The position numbers and the translations under genes are program-made. A stretch of 64,000 nucleotides of DNA from contig DAIUFS010000002.1 of the NCBI GenBank assembly GCA_036844485.1, positions 11,085-75,084 on the forward strand, given 5' to 3'. Position 1 is the first letter of the stretch. Each line of letters begins with the position of its first letter. Positions 32,256-40,742 of the stretch are shown here, one piece after another. The notes beneath the pieces were generated by a model that worked only from the letters and a program-made list of their open reading frames with translations, ran no database searches and was not told the DNA's origin. Source of the DNA: Candidatus Dormiibacterota bacterium. GTDB lineage: Bacteria > Chloroflexota > Dormibacteria > Aeolococcales > Aeolococcaceae.

Positions 32256-34325
32256 ATGTACTCCACCCTCTACGTCGCCCTCGACAACTCCGAGCACTCG
32301 GACGCCGCCAGCACGGTCGCCCTGGAGCTCGCCTCCGCCTTCGATGCCCGCGTCATCGGCATGCACGTGTACGCGGCGCGGATGCACGACTACCGGTTCA
32401 AGCAGATGGAGTACACGCTCCCCGAGGAGTACCAGGACGAGGCCGAGCTGCTCCGCCAGCGGCGCATCCACGACAGCCTGATCAGCACCGGCCTGGAGCT
32501 GATCAGCGACAGCTACACCGACGTGCTCCGCTACCGCTGTCTGGAGCGCGACGTGCGCTTCGAGGCGCGCATGCGCGACGGGCGCAACTGGGAGGAGCTG
32601 GTCGCCGACGTCGACGAGAGCAGCGACGTCGACCTGGTGATCATGGGCGCGCTCGGCACCGGCGCGGTCAAGGAGTCGCAGCTGGGCAGCGTCACCGACA
32701 GGGTGGCGCGACGCATCCGGCGCGATCTGCTCATCATCCGCAGCACCGGCGACGCCGCCATGGAGGGCGGCATCCTGGTGGCCGTCGACGGCTCACCGCA
32801 GTCGTTCGCCGGCCTGCGCACCGCCCTCGTCCTCGGCAAAGCGCTCGGCAAGCGCGTCGAGGCGGTGGCCGTCTACGACCCCTACCTGCACTACGCCGTC
32901 TTCAACGGCATCGTCGACGTGCTCTCGGAGAAGGCCTCGAAGATCTTCCGGTTCAAGGAGCAGGAGGCGCTCCACGAGGAGATCATCGACACCGGGCTCG
33001 CCAAGATCTACGAGTCCCACCTCCGCGTGGCCCGTGCCACCGCCGCCGAGGAGGGGGTCGACCTGCCCATCACCCTTCTCGACGGCAAGGCGTTCGAGAG
33101 GATCCTGCGCCACGCTCGCGAGACCCGCCCCTGGCTGCTGGTGCTCGGCCGCATCGGCGTCCACTCGGACGCCGCGATGGACATGGGCAGCAACACCGAG
33201 CAGCTGCTCCGGCTCGCTCCCTGCAACGTTCTGGTCAGCAGTGGCACGTTCACCCCACCCATCGACGTCCGCGCCGACGCCTCGGTGGTGTGGACACCGG
33301 AGGCCGAGGAGCGGATGGCAGCGGTGCCGGGCGGGGCGAGGGGCCTGGCACGGACCGCCGTGCTGCGCTGGGCGATGGAGCGAGGCCACAGCGTGGTCTC
33401 GTCCGGCGACGTGGCCACCGCGCTCGACGAGCTGATGCCGTTCGCACGCACCATGCGCCGCATCGCCGAGACCGCGGCCACCGTCGACTCCGCTCAGCGG
33501 GCCATGGTCGACGAGCCGCAGATCCAGGATGCACGCGCCGTCTGTCGCACCTGCGGGTACGCGGCGAGGAGCGACACCCCGCATCGCTGCCCGGTGTGCG
33601 ACAGCGACGCCGGGGCGTTCGAGCGCCTCGACAGCGACGCGCTCCGGGCCACGGCGGCCGGGGAGGGGGACGCGGCGCAGATCGCTTTTGACGGCGCCAA
33701 GCTGGGCTGGACAGTCGAGGCGCGCCGGCTGCTGCAGCAGCTCCCCGCCGGCTACCTGCGCCGCCGCGTCAAGGCGATCGTCGAGAAGCATGCGCGGACG
33801 CGGCGGCTGCCGGCGATCACCGCCGAGGTGGCCGAGCCGTTCGTGGCGCCCGAGCTCGACGCTCTCGACGTGAATGCCGGGCCGCATCGAGCCCCCTTGG
33901 GCGTCGAGGGGCACACCGGACCGCACGTCGACCAGCGCCGGCGCCTTCCCTGGACCGATGAGGCAGACGACCGCATCGAGCGCATTCCCGCGGGCTTCCT
34001 GCGCAACCTCGCCACCGAGCAGATCGAGCGCCTCGCCGTTGCCCTGGGCGCTCCGGAAGTGGGCGTGCTGCACGTCGAGGCCGGCATCGCTGAGGCGCGC
34101 GCCCGGATGCAGCGCGACGGTGTCGGGGCCGATCCCGCGGCGACCTGTCCCGTCGGGGCCGAGGGGGCGCAGGCTGCACCTGGGTGTCCGGTCCATCACC
34201 AGGCGGAGGGCACGGGGCGTTCCGGCGGTGCGGCGGCACCCCGAGGTGGCTCTCTCAACGAGATAACCGCCCCGGTCATCGACGACCTCGGCAGACGCAC
34301 GACCACGGCGCTGCCAGACGCCTGA
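32256..34325 (+). CDS. multidomain protein: 2 x universal stress protein domain + 3 x PCP_red-like domain + rubredoxin-like zinc ribbon + C-terminal double CPV motif
   Basis: USP motifs: LYVALDNSEHS...VIMGALGTG; ILVAVDGSPQS...LLVLGRIGVHS. PCP_red-like: VVWTPEAEERMAAVP, LGWTVEARRLLQQLPAGYLRRRV, LPWTDEADDRIERIPAGFLRN. Zinc ribbon: CRTCGY..x10..CPVCDS. Start set at the ATG at 32256. Confidence 0.75.
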   Translation: MYSTLYVALDNSEHSDAASTVALELASAFDARVIGMHVYAARMHDYRFKQMEYTLPEEYQDEAELLRQRRIHDSLISTGLELISDSYTDVLRYRCLERDVRFEARMRDGRNWEELVADVDESSDVDLVIMGALGTGAVKESQLGSVTDRVARRIRRDLLIIRSTGDAAMEGGILVAVDGSPQSFAGLRTALVLGKALGKRVEAVAVYDPYLHYAVFNGIVDVLSEKASKIFRFKEQEALHEEIIDTGLAKIYESHLRVARATAAEEGVDLPITLLDGKAFERILRHARETRPWLLVLGRIGVHSDAAMDMGSNTEQLLRLAPCNVLVSSGTFTPPIDVRADASVVWTPEAEERMAAVPGGARGLARTAVLRWAMERGHSVVSSGDVATALDELMPFARTMRRIAETAATVDSAQRAMVDEPQIQDARAVCRTCGYAARSDTPHRCPVCDSDAGAFERLDSDALRATAAGEGDAAQIAFDGAKLGWTVEARRLLQQLPAGYLRRRVKAIVEKHARTRRLPAITAEVAEPFVAPELDALDVNAGPHRAPLGVEGHTGPHVDQRRRLPWTDEADDRIERIPAGFLRNLATEQIERLAVALGAPEVGVLHVEAGIAEARARMQRDGVGADPAATCPVGAEGAQAAPGCPVHHQAEGTGRSGGAAAPRGGSLNEITAPVIDDLGRRTTTALPDA

Positions 34326-34326
34326 C

Positions 34327-35580
34327 ATGCTCGGCCTCCAGGTCACCACGCCCGATTTCCCCGGCATCGGCAACAACGCGTCGGTGGGAATCGTCTTCCT
34401 GGTCCACATTCTCATCGCCGAGTTCAGCCTCGGGGCCATCACTCTGGCGGTGGCGGCGGAGTGGCACCACGTGCGCACCGGCGACGAGCGCACCGCCCGA
34501 TACGCGCGCAGTCTGGCCAACACCTATTACCTGGTCTTCAGCCTGGGTGCCACCTTCGCGGTGTTCGCCGTCGTGCTGCTCACCGGCCTGTGGGCCAACG
34601 AGTTCGGACAGCTGGTCAACAAGTTCGTCTGGCTGGTGGCGTTCGCCTTCAGCCTGTTCTTCGTGCTGGTGCCGCTCCTGGTCTGGTATCGCAATACCTT
34701 CACATCCATGGCTCCGCGCCGTCACGTCCTCCTCGGGACGGCGGTGGGCGTTCTCCAGAGCATGTTCATGGTGCTCATCGTTGGCATCGACGCGTACCTC
34801 ATCAATCCCGTCAACGCCGGGCTCACGGAACCGGCGTTCAACCCGGTGTACTGGCCGCTGCTCATCCACCGTCTCATCGGCAACGTGAGCTGGACCGCGC
34901 TGTTCTGCGCGGCGTACGCGGCTGTCCGGCTGCGCGGAGGTCGCGGTGACGCCCCAGAGCGCGCGTTCCAATCCTGGGCGGCCCGGGTCAACCTGCGCAT
35001 CGGCCTGCTCACCGGCCTGCTCATGCCGATCGTGGGCTTTGCGCTCATCGAGGTGATCCGCCAGAGCGAGCCGGGCTACTTCGACAACCTTCTCAGCGGC
35101 GGGACCGCCGCGTTCATGGTGGCCCAGGAGTGCCTGGTGGGGGTCATGTTCATCGGCGGCAACATCGCCCTGGCCAGCGAGGACGGCGGCCCGCGCGAGT
35201 GGTCGATGGCCAGCCGGGCAGCGATCGCCGTGTCGGTCGCCGGGATGACGCTGGCCGCCCTTCCCAGCGCGGTGCTCGGTGGCGACCTCAACGTGCTGCG
35301 CTACTGGGGGCTGGGCGCCGCCACCGTGGTGACCGCCGCGCACACGCTCTCACGTCTGCGCGGCCGCCGCCGGCGCCAGGACGACTCGCTGCGCGTCACC
35401 GGCTCGGTGTCGCGGATCGGGCGCAACGCGGTGCTCGCCGTCGGCACCGTTGCGGTGGTCACGTCCCTGCTGATGGGCTACATCAAGGAGCACGCCCGCG
35501 GCGACTACGCGGTGTATGGCGAGCTGCGCCAGGTCGACGCTCATCAGCCCTATCAACCCCCGCAGAGCCTCTACCCGTGA
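34327..35580 (+). CDS. cytochrome bd subunit I (CydA)-like membrane protein, paralogue 1, short Q-loop
   Basis: LVHILIAEF (TM1 His), LIHRLIGNV (TM5 His) and C-terminal GYIKEHARGDYAVYGEL (compare the CydA E-GRQPW-x-V-x-G motif). 417 aa, about 9 TM segments. Confidence 0.7.
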   Translation: MLGLQVTTPDFPGIGNNASVGIVFLVHILIAEFSLGAITLAVAAEWHHVRTGDERTARYARSLANTYYLVFSLGATFAVFAVVLLTGLWANEFGQLVNKFVWLVAFAFSLFFVLVPLLVWYRNTFTSMAPRRHVLLGTAVGVLQSMFMVLIVGIDAYLINPVNAGLTEPAFNPVYWPLLIHRLIGNVSWTALFCAAYAAVRLRGGRGDAPERAFQSWAARVNLRIGLLTGLLMPIVGFALIEVIRQSEPGYFDNLLSGGTAAFMVAQECLVGVMFIGGNIALASEDGGPREWSMASRAAIAVSVAGMTLAALPSAVLGGDLNVLRYWGLGAATVVTAAHTLSRLRGRRRRQDDSLRVTGSVSRIGRNAVLAVGTVAVVTSLLMGYIKEHARGDYAVYGELRQVDAHQPYQPPQSLYP

Positions 35581-35834
35581 CCCCGCTGCTGGTCGTCCGA
35601 GCCGCGGAATTCCAGGGCGCCTTGTACTACTCGCTGCTGCTGTTCGTCATCCTCTTTCTCGTCCTGCTGGGCATCGGCTACGCCCTGGTCGGAGTTCGCG
35701 GGCTCTGGCGCAGCGGCGAACGAGGTCCGGCCACAGTTCTCGGCGGAGCCCTCACCGTCGCCTTTCTCGCTCTCGTCGGGATGTACGTCGTCGCCGTCGG
35801 CGGGCTGTTCGCGGCTCCCGGGCTCGGGACGTGA
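35577..35834 (+). CDS. small two/three-TM membrane protein (85 aa), unknown function
   Basis: GTGA overlaps on both ends. Hydrophobic stretches LYYSLLLFVILFLVLLGIGYALV and ALTVAFLALVGMYVVAVGGLF. Confidence 0.5.
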   Translation: MTPLLVVRAAEFQGALYYSLLLFVILFLVLLGIGYALVGVRGLWRSGERGPATVLGGALTVAFLALVGMYVVAVGGLFAAPGLGT

Positions 35835-36328
35835 AGCAGCTCACCCGTCGCGAGATGCTGATCCGGGGCACCGGACTGGGCATGGGGCTGGTCGGGGTGA
35901 TGCTCAGCGTTCCCGCGGTGGGCTTCCTGCTCAGCCCCCTCTTCACCAAGCAGAAGGTTGTGTGGGTGACGGTCGGACCGATCGACAACGTGCCGGTCAA
36001 TCAGCCGACCCCCCTGATCGCGGAGGTCCCGGTTGGAACCGGGTACCCGACGCCGCCCGTCAAGCGAATTGTGTACGTGGTCAAGACCCCGGACGGGCAG
36101 ACCCGCGCGCTCAGCAACATCTGCACGCACATGCAGTGCGACGTGCACTGGGACCCTGCCCTGGGCAATTTTCTCTGCCCGTGCCACGGAGGCCTGTACG
36201 ACATCGAGGGCAGGAACGTTGGTGGGCCTCCCCCGCAACCACTTCCGCAGTGGGTGCACCGAATCCACACCGACGCCGAGGGCCGCACCATCCTCGAGAT
36301 CGAGAACAAGCTCGACGAGTCGATCTGA
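35831..36328 (+). CDS. Rieske [2Fe-2S] subunit with Tat signal
   Basis: Twin-arginine motif TRREMLIRG followed by a TM segment. Cluster ligands CTHMQC and CPCHGG. Confidence 0.88.
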   Translation: MKQLTRREMLIRGTGLGMGLVGVMLSVPAVGFLLSPLFTKQKVVWVTVGPIDNVPVNQPTPLIAEVPVGTGYPTPPVKRIVYVVKTPDGQTRALSNICTHMQCDVHWDPALGNFLCPCHGGLYDIEGRNVGGPPPQPLPQWVHRIHTDAEGRTILEIENKLDESI

Positions 36329-36339
36329 ATGCACCGCTC

Positions 36340-37536
36340 ATGATTGTCAGCCGCTGGCTCACACGACCACTGAAGGCGCGACTGCGCGCGGGGATGGAGT
36401 GGTTCGACGACCGCACCGGAGCCACCGAGCTTCTCCACAAGGGGCTCTATGAGGCAGTCCCCAAGAAGGGTGGCTGGGCGTATGCGCTGGGCAGCGCCAC
36501 CCTGGCGCTGATCCTGCTCCAGCTCTTCAGCGGGATCTTCCTGCTGCTCGACTACGTGCCCTCGGTCACCGACGCCTTCAACAGCCTGGATTACCTGCGC
36601 AGTGGCGACGCCTTCGGCGCCTGGGTGCGCGGGCTCCACCTCTGGGGCTCGTACATGCTCATCTTCGTGATCGGGCTGCACATGCTGCGCACCTTCCTCT
36701 CGGCGAGCTACAAGCGGCCGCGTGAGCTCAACTGGGTGACGGGAGCGCTCCTCTTCTTCCTGGTGCTTGGGCTGGCCATCACCGGCGCGATGCTGCCCTG
36801 GGACGAGGCGGCGTACTGGACGACCACGGTGGTGACCAACATCCCCCACTACCTCCCGGTGATCGGGGACGGCATCCGGACGCTCTGGCGCGGGGGGGAC
36901 TTCGTCGGACCGATCACCCTGACGCGCACCTTCGCCATCCATGTCTGGGTGCTGCCCTTCCTGCTGTTCACCCTCATCGGCGGTCACCTCTACCTTCTCC
37001 GTCGCCACGGCGAGTTCGGTGCCTGGGTCAACTACGACAGCGCTCCCGGCGAGGAAGGGGAGAGGCAGATCGCCGAGCGGATTCGCCGCGCCGAGCCCCC
37101 CTACCCGACCAAGCGGATCTCACGCCGCTACGCGGCGCCGAGCGAGACGGTGCCGTTCTTTCCCGACCAGATCTTCAAGGACGTGGTGTTGAGCACCGCC
37201 CTGGTCGCGGTCATCTTCGTCATGGGACTGATCTCCGGAGCGCCGCTCGACCAGGCCGCCAATCCGGCGACGTTCAGCTACGTGCCCACGCCGGAGTGGT
37301 TCTTCCTCCCCCTCGACCAGTTCATGGTCGTGGCACCGGCCAACCCGCTCATCGCCATTGGGGTCTTCGGCGTTCTCGGCCTGGGCGCAGCCCTGATGGT
37401 GCTCCTGCCGTTCATCGATCGCTCCCCGGAGCGCCGTCCACTGCGCCGCCCTGAGGTGATCGTGCCCGCCCTCTTCATGGCCTTCACGGTGATCTTCTTC
37501 GCTGTTCTCGGCATCAACCGGCTGTACAACCTGTGA
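36340..37536 (+). CDS. cytochrome b (fused b6 + subunit-IV-like) of a Rieske/cyt b complex
   Basis: Two bis-His pairs (HLWGSYMLIFVIGLH; HVWVLPFLLFTLIGGH) and a Qo-site PEWF (PEWY-type) motif. Confidence 0.9.
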   Translation: MIVSRWLTRPLKARLRAGMEWFDDRTGATELLHKGLYEAVPKKGGWAYALGSATLALILLQLFSGIFLLLDYVPSVTDAFNSLDYLRSGDAFGAWVRGLHLWGSYMLIFVIGLHMLRTFLSASYKRPRELNWVTGALLFFLVLGLAITGAMLPWDEAAYWTTTVVTNIPHYLPVIGDGIRTLWRGGDFVGPITLTRTFAIHVWVLPFLLFTLIGGHLYLLRRHGEFGAWVNYDSAPGEEGERQIAERIRRAEPPYPTKRISRRYAAPSETVPFFPDQIFKDVVLSTALVAVIFVMGLISGAPLDQAANPATFSYVPTPEWFFLPLDQFMVVAPANPLIAIGVFGVLGLGAALMVLLPFIDRSPERRPLRRPEVIVPALFMAFTVIFFAVLGINRLYNL

Positions 37537-38978
37537 GCCCGCGCATCCTTCTCTCATCCCTGTCGCCGGTGAGCGGCAACATCGTCACCAACGGCGTCCT
37601 GGTCGCCGTGGTGGCGCTTCTGCACATCCAGATCGCCGCCTTTCTCACCGGATCATCGACGCTGGCGCTGGTCTCCGAAGCGGTTTCGATGGCCCGCGGC
37701 GACGAGCGCCACGGCCGCGTCGCCCACATGCTGGTGAAGGGGCAGGTCTACGTCTTCAGCTTCGGCTCGGCGGTGGCCATCTTCTTCATGATCTTCGTGC
37801 TCCTCGGCCTGTGGGGCATCTTCTGGACCGCCTTGCAGCAGATCGCCTTCTGGGTGCTGGTCTTCGAGGCGGCCATGTTTCTCACCGAGATCGTGCTGCT
37901 GTACAGCCTGTACGCCAACTGGGATCGGCTGCAGGCGCATCGCCGTGCCCGCCTCGCCATGCTGCTCCTGCTCAACATCTCGCTGTGGTGGCAGATGTTC
38001 CTCATCGACGTGGTGGCGTCCTTCATGCTCACGCCCAACGGCGGCGACGTCAGCATCCTCAATCAGATCCTCAACCCCACCAACCTGCCGCTGACCATCC
38101 ATCGCACCATCGGCAACGTCGCCTGGGCGGGCGCGGTGGTCGCCTTCATCGGTGGCTTCAACTACCTGCGTCTCACCAGGCGGCAGCGTGAGCCCACACC
38201 CGACGCTCCGCAGTCGATGCGACCGCTGCGGTCGATCGGCGCCATGGCCGCCGGCCACCTGGAATGGGAGGCACAGCGCACGGAGATTCTCCACTGGGAG
38301 TGGGTGGCGCACTGGGGAGTGATCTGGGCGGTGGCGATGACACTGCTCCAACCATGGGTCGGCTACTCCTACGCCAAGGAGGTCCAGCTCCACGCCTACG
38401 GAGCCTGGTACACGATGATGTTCGGCGACCTCTCCAACGTGTTTCTGCTGCAGATCTTCCTGCTCGGCTCGATCTTCACACTCGGAGCGCTGTACTTCTG
38501 GCGTCGCATGGTGCGCTCCGGTGCCGCGCATGCCCGCCGTCAGCTGATCCTGGCGGTGGCCCTCATCCTCATGACCGTGCTGGCGGTGCAGCCGGCGTGG
38601 TTCGCTCCGACCTACGCGGATGCCATCGCCGCCGCGGGTAACCGGGCATGGTGGGATGGGGGCCTGCTCAACCCCATCGGCGACTTCATCCCCTTCAAGG
38701 CGGCGGCCCTGATCGGCATGGTGCTGTTCGGCCTCTGGTCGGTGACCAGCTATCTGGCGGCGGTGTCGCGCGGCCGGGTCAAGCCCGGCGGCAGCGGCCG
38801 GGGTGCGCAGCGAGCCGCGCTGGTGATCGGCGTGGCGGTGAGCATGATGATGCTGGTCATGGGCGTGATCCGTGAGCATTCACGCCAGCCCTACCTTGTT
38901 TACGGCGAGATCACGCTGCACCAGCAGATCACCAACCACGCGCCGTCGCCGACCTCTCTCCAACAGAGCCAACCGTGA
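37533..38978 (+). CDS. cytochrome bd subunit I (CydA)-like membrane protein, paralogue 2
   Basis: LLHIQIAAF, VFEAAMFLTE, TIHRTIGNV and C-terminal GVIREHSRQPYLVYGEI. Aligns without gaps to paralogue 1 over TM1-TM5. Confidence 0.7.
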   Translation: MSPRILLSSLSPVSGNIVTNGVLVAVVALLHIQIAAFLTGSSTLALVSEAVSMARGDERHGRVAHMLVKGQVYVFSFGSAVAIFFMIFVLLGLWGIFWTALQQIAFWVLVFEAAMFLTEIVLLYSLYANWDRLQAHRRARLAMLLLLNISLWWQMFLIDVVASFMLTPNGGDVSILNQILNPTNLPLTIHRTIGNVAWAGAVVAFIGGFNYLRLTRRQREPTPDAPQSMRPLRSIGAMAAGHLEWEAQRTEILHWEWVAHWGVIWAVAMTLLQPWVGYSYAKEVQLHAYGAWYTMMFGDLSNVFLLQIFLLGSIFTLGALYFWRRMVRSGAAHARRQLILAVALILMTVLAVQPAWFAPTYADAIAAAGNRAWWDGGLLNPIGDFIPFKAAALIGMVLFGLWSVTSYLAAVSRGRVKPGGSGRGAQRAALVIGVAVSMMMLVMGVIREHSRQPYLVYGEITLHQQITNHAPSPTSLQQSQP

Positions 38979-39403
38979 GGATCCCGCTGGGCGCAGTCGC
39001 GCTACGCATTCCCATCTTCCTCTCCGCGCATGAGGAGTTGCGCACAGCCATCGAGCCGCCCTGGCCGCGATGGATGCGTGACCTCTACCAGCTCGAGCAG
39101 GCGCAGGACGAGGGCATCGACGTCGACGCCGAGGAGACCACCGTTCCGGCAGCGCTCGGCGCGCTGTCGTCACGGCTGCGCCAGCGGCTGGAGCTGATCT
39201 CCTCGGTTGCCAGTGGACTGCGGCGCGACGGATGGGCTCTTGACATCGACGGCGACTGTCTGGTGGCCAGCAGGGTGAGCAACCCGCGGCACGCGCTGGA
39301 GATGCTCGAGGACGCGGGACTGGCGGGACCGCTGTGCGCCGTAGCCGACCTCGACGAGTCCGGGTGGCCGCGGCTGTACATCGGTCTGGCGAGCACGGCA
39401 TGA
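38975..39403 (+). CDS. hypothetical protein (142 aa)
   Basis: GTGA overlap upstream and ATGA overlap downstream. No family recognised. Confidence 0.5.
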   Translation: MRIPLGAVALRIPIFLSAHEELRTAIEPPWPRWMRDLYQLEQAQDEGIDVDAEETTVPAALGALSSRLRQRLELISSVASGLRRDGWALDIDGDCLVASRVSNPRHALEMLEDAGLAGPLCAVADLDESGWPRLYIGLASTA

Positions 39404-39771
39404 GCGCCACTGTCCTCATTGCCGAGGACGAACCGATGATCGGGCGGATCCTCGCCGAGAAGCTGACCCGCGAGGGCTATAAGGTGTTGCGGACCGCCAC
39501 CATCGAGGGCTTGATGTCCGCGCTGGCAATCTCTGACGTCGCGCTCGTCGATGCCACTCTCGACGGCGACGGCATCGACGCCATGCAGGGTCTCGCGGCC
39601 GCGGCGATCCATCCCCGCGCCGGCTGGTTCGCCATGGTGGAGAGCCGCGCCGCCGACCAGGGCATCCGTGCGGTTCGCGCCGGCGCCGCGGGGGTGATCA
39701 TCAAGCCGTTCAAGCCGACGGCGGTGGCGGCCAAGGTGGCCACCCTGCTCGCCACGGTGGCGGTGCCGTGA
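39400..39771 (+). CDS. stand-alone response-regulator receiver domain
   Basis: VLIAEDEP (acidic pair), ALVDATLDGDG (acceptor Asp context), VIIKPF (conserved Lys). Confidence 0.8.
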   Translation: MSATVLIAEDEPMIGRILAEKLTREGYKVLRTATIEGLMSALAISDVALVDATLDGDGIDAMQGLAAAAIHPRAGWFAMVESRAADQGIRAVRAGAAGVIIKPFKPTAVAAKVATLLATVAVP

Positions 39772-40742
39772 CCCTGCTCGCCGGCGCCGTCGCGGACGAT
39801 CCCACGGACGAGCACCTGGCCACCGAGGTCGTGCGCGCCCGAGGTGTGCTGCGTCGTTACCGCAATGGCCGTGGGGTGGGCCCGGTGGACCTCTGTCTGC
39901 GGGCCGGCGAGGCGTTCGCTCTGATGGGCCGCAACGGCTCCGGCAAGACCACGCTGCTCCGCCTGCTCGCCACCGTGACGCGTCCGCACAGCGGCGAGCT
40001 GCGCTGGTTCGGCGGCGACGCGACGCGGGCCCGGGCACATCTCGGGCTGGCTCTCGACGCGGCCATGGAGGACGCCGGGCTGACGGGACGGCAGGCGACC
40101 CACTTCTGGTGCGCGCAGTGGATCGCCGATGCGGCGGAGGTGTCGTCCCGCACCGATCTGGTGTTGCGGAGGCTGGGACTGGCCGGGGCCGCCGATGAGC
40201 CCGTCGGCTCGTACTCGTACGGGATGCGCCGCCGCCTCGCCCTTGCCGCCGCCGTTGTCCACGAGCCCGCTCTGGCGCTGCTCGACGAACCCACCGCCGG
40301 GCTCGACCCCGACGGGTGCACCGAGCTGGGCGAGGTGATCGCCGAGCGATCACGGCACGGCCTCAGCACGGTGATCGCCAGCAACGATCCCGGCTTCGTC
40401 GAGGCGGTCGCCGACCGCGTCGCGTTCCTCGAGGAGGGGGCTGTGGTGCGCTGCGCGTCGCCGCGTGACCTGCTCGCCGGCCTCCCCCAGGGACGTGTCG
40501 CGGAGCTTGTCATCGAGGAAGGTTGCTCTTTGGCGGCGCTGCGCGCGGTGCCGGGTGTCGTGGATGTGACCGACGACGGCGGCGCAGCCAGGGTTCGCTT
40601 CGACGGCGACCACACCATCGCCGCCCTGGTTGCGGCGGCCGACGCGCCGGGCGGCCGCCTCCGCGAGCTGCGCCTGCGCCGCCCCGACCTCGCCGACTGC
40701 TTCCATGACCTCACCGGTCGCGCCCTGCGGGAACAGACGTGA
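39768..40742 (+). CDS. ABC transporter ATP-binding protein (ABC-2/DrrA-like)
   Basis: Walker A GRNGSGKTT, signature YSYGMRRRL, Walker B LALLDEPTAGLD. Confidence 0.85.
   Translation: MTLLAGAVADDPTDEHLATEVVRARGVLRRYRNGRGVGPVDLCLRAGEAFALMGRNGSGKTTLLRLLATVTRPHSGELRWFGGDATRARAHLGLALDAAMEDAGLTGRQATHFWCAQWIADAAEVSSRTDLVLRRLGLAGAADEPVGSYSYGMRRRLALAAAVVHEPALALLDEPTAGLDPDGCTELGEVIAERSRHGLSTVIASNDPGFVEAVADRVAFLEEGAVVRCASPRDLLAGLPQGRVAELVIEEGCSLAALRAVPGVVDVTDDGGAARVRFDGDHTIAALVAAADAPGGRLRELRLRRPDLADCFHDLTGRALREQT

Noticed and set aside
32793-34523. 576-aa minus-strand ORF opposite the USP/PCP_red gene. Similar long antisense ORFs occur at 36001-37008, 37653-38879 and 39085-40353.
   Set aside because: All are low-complexity shadows of genes with clear motifs on the plus strand.
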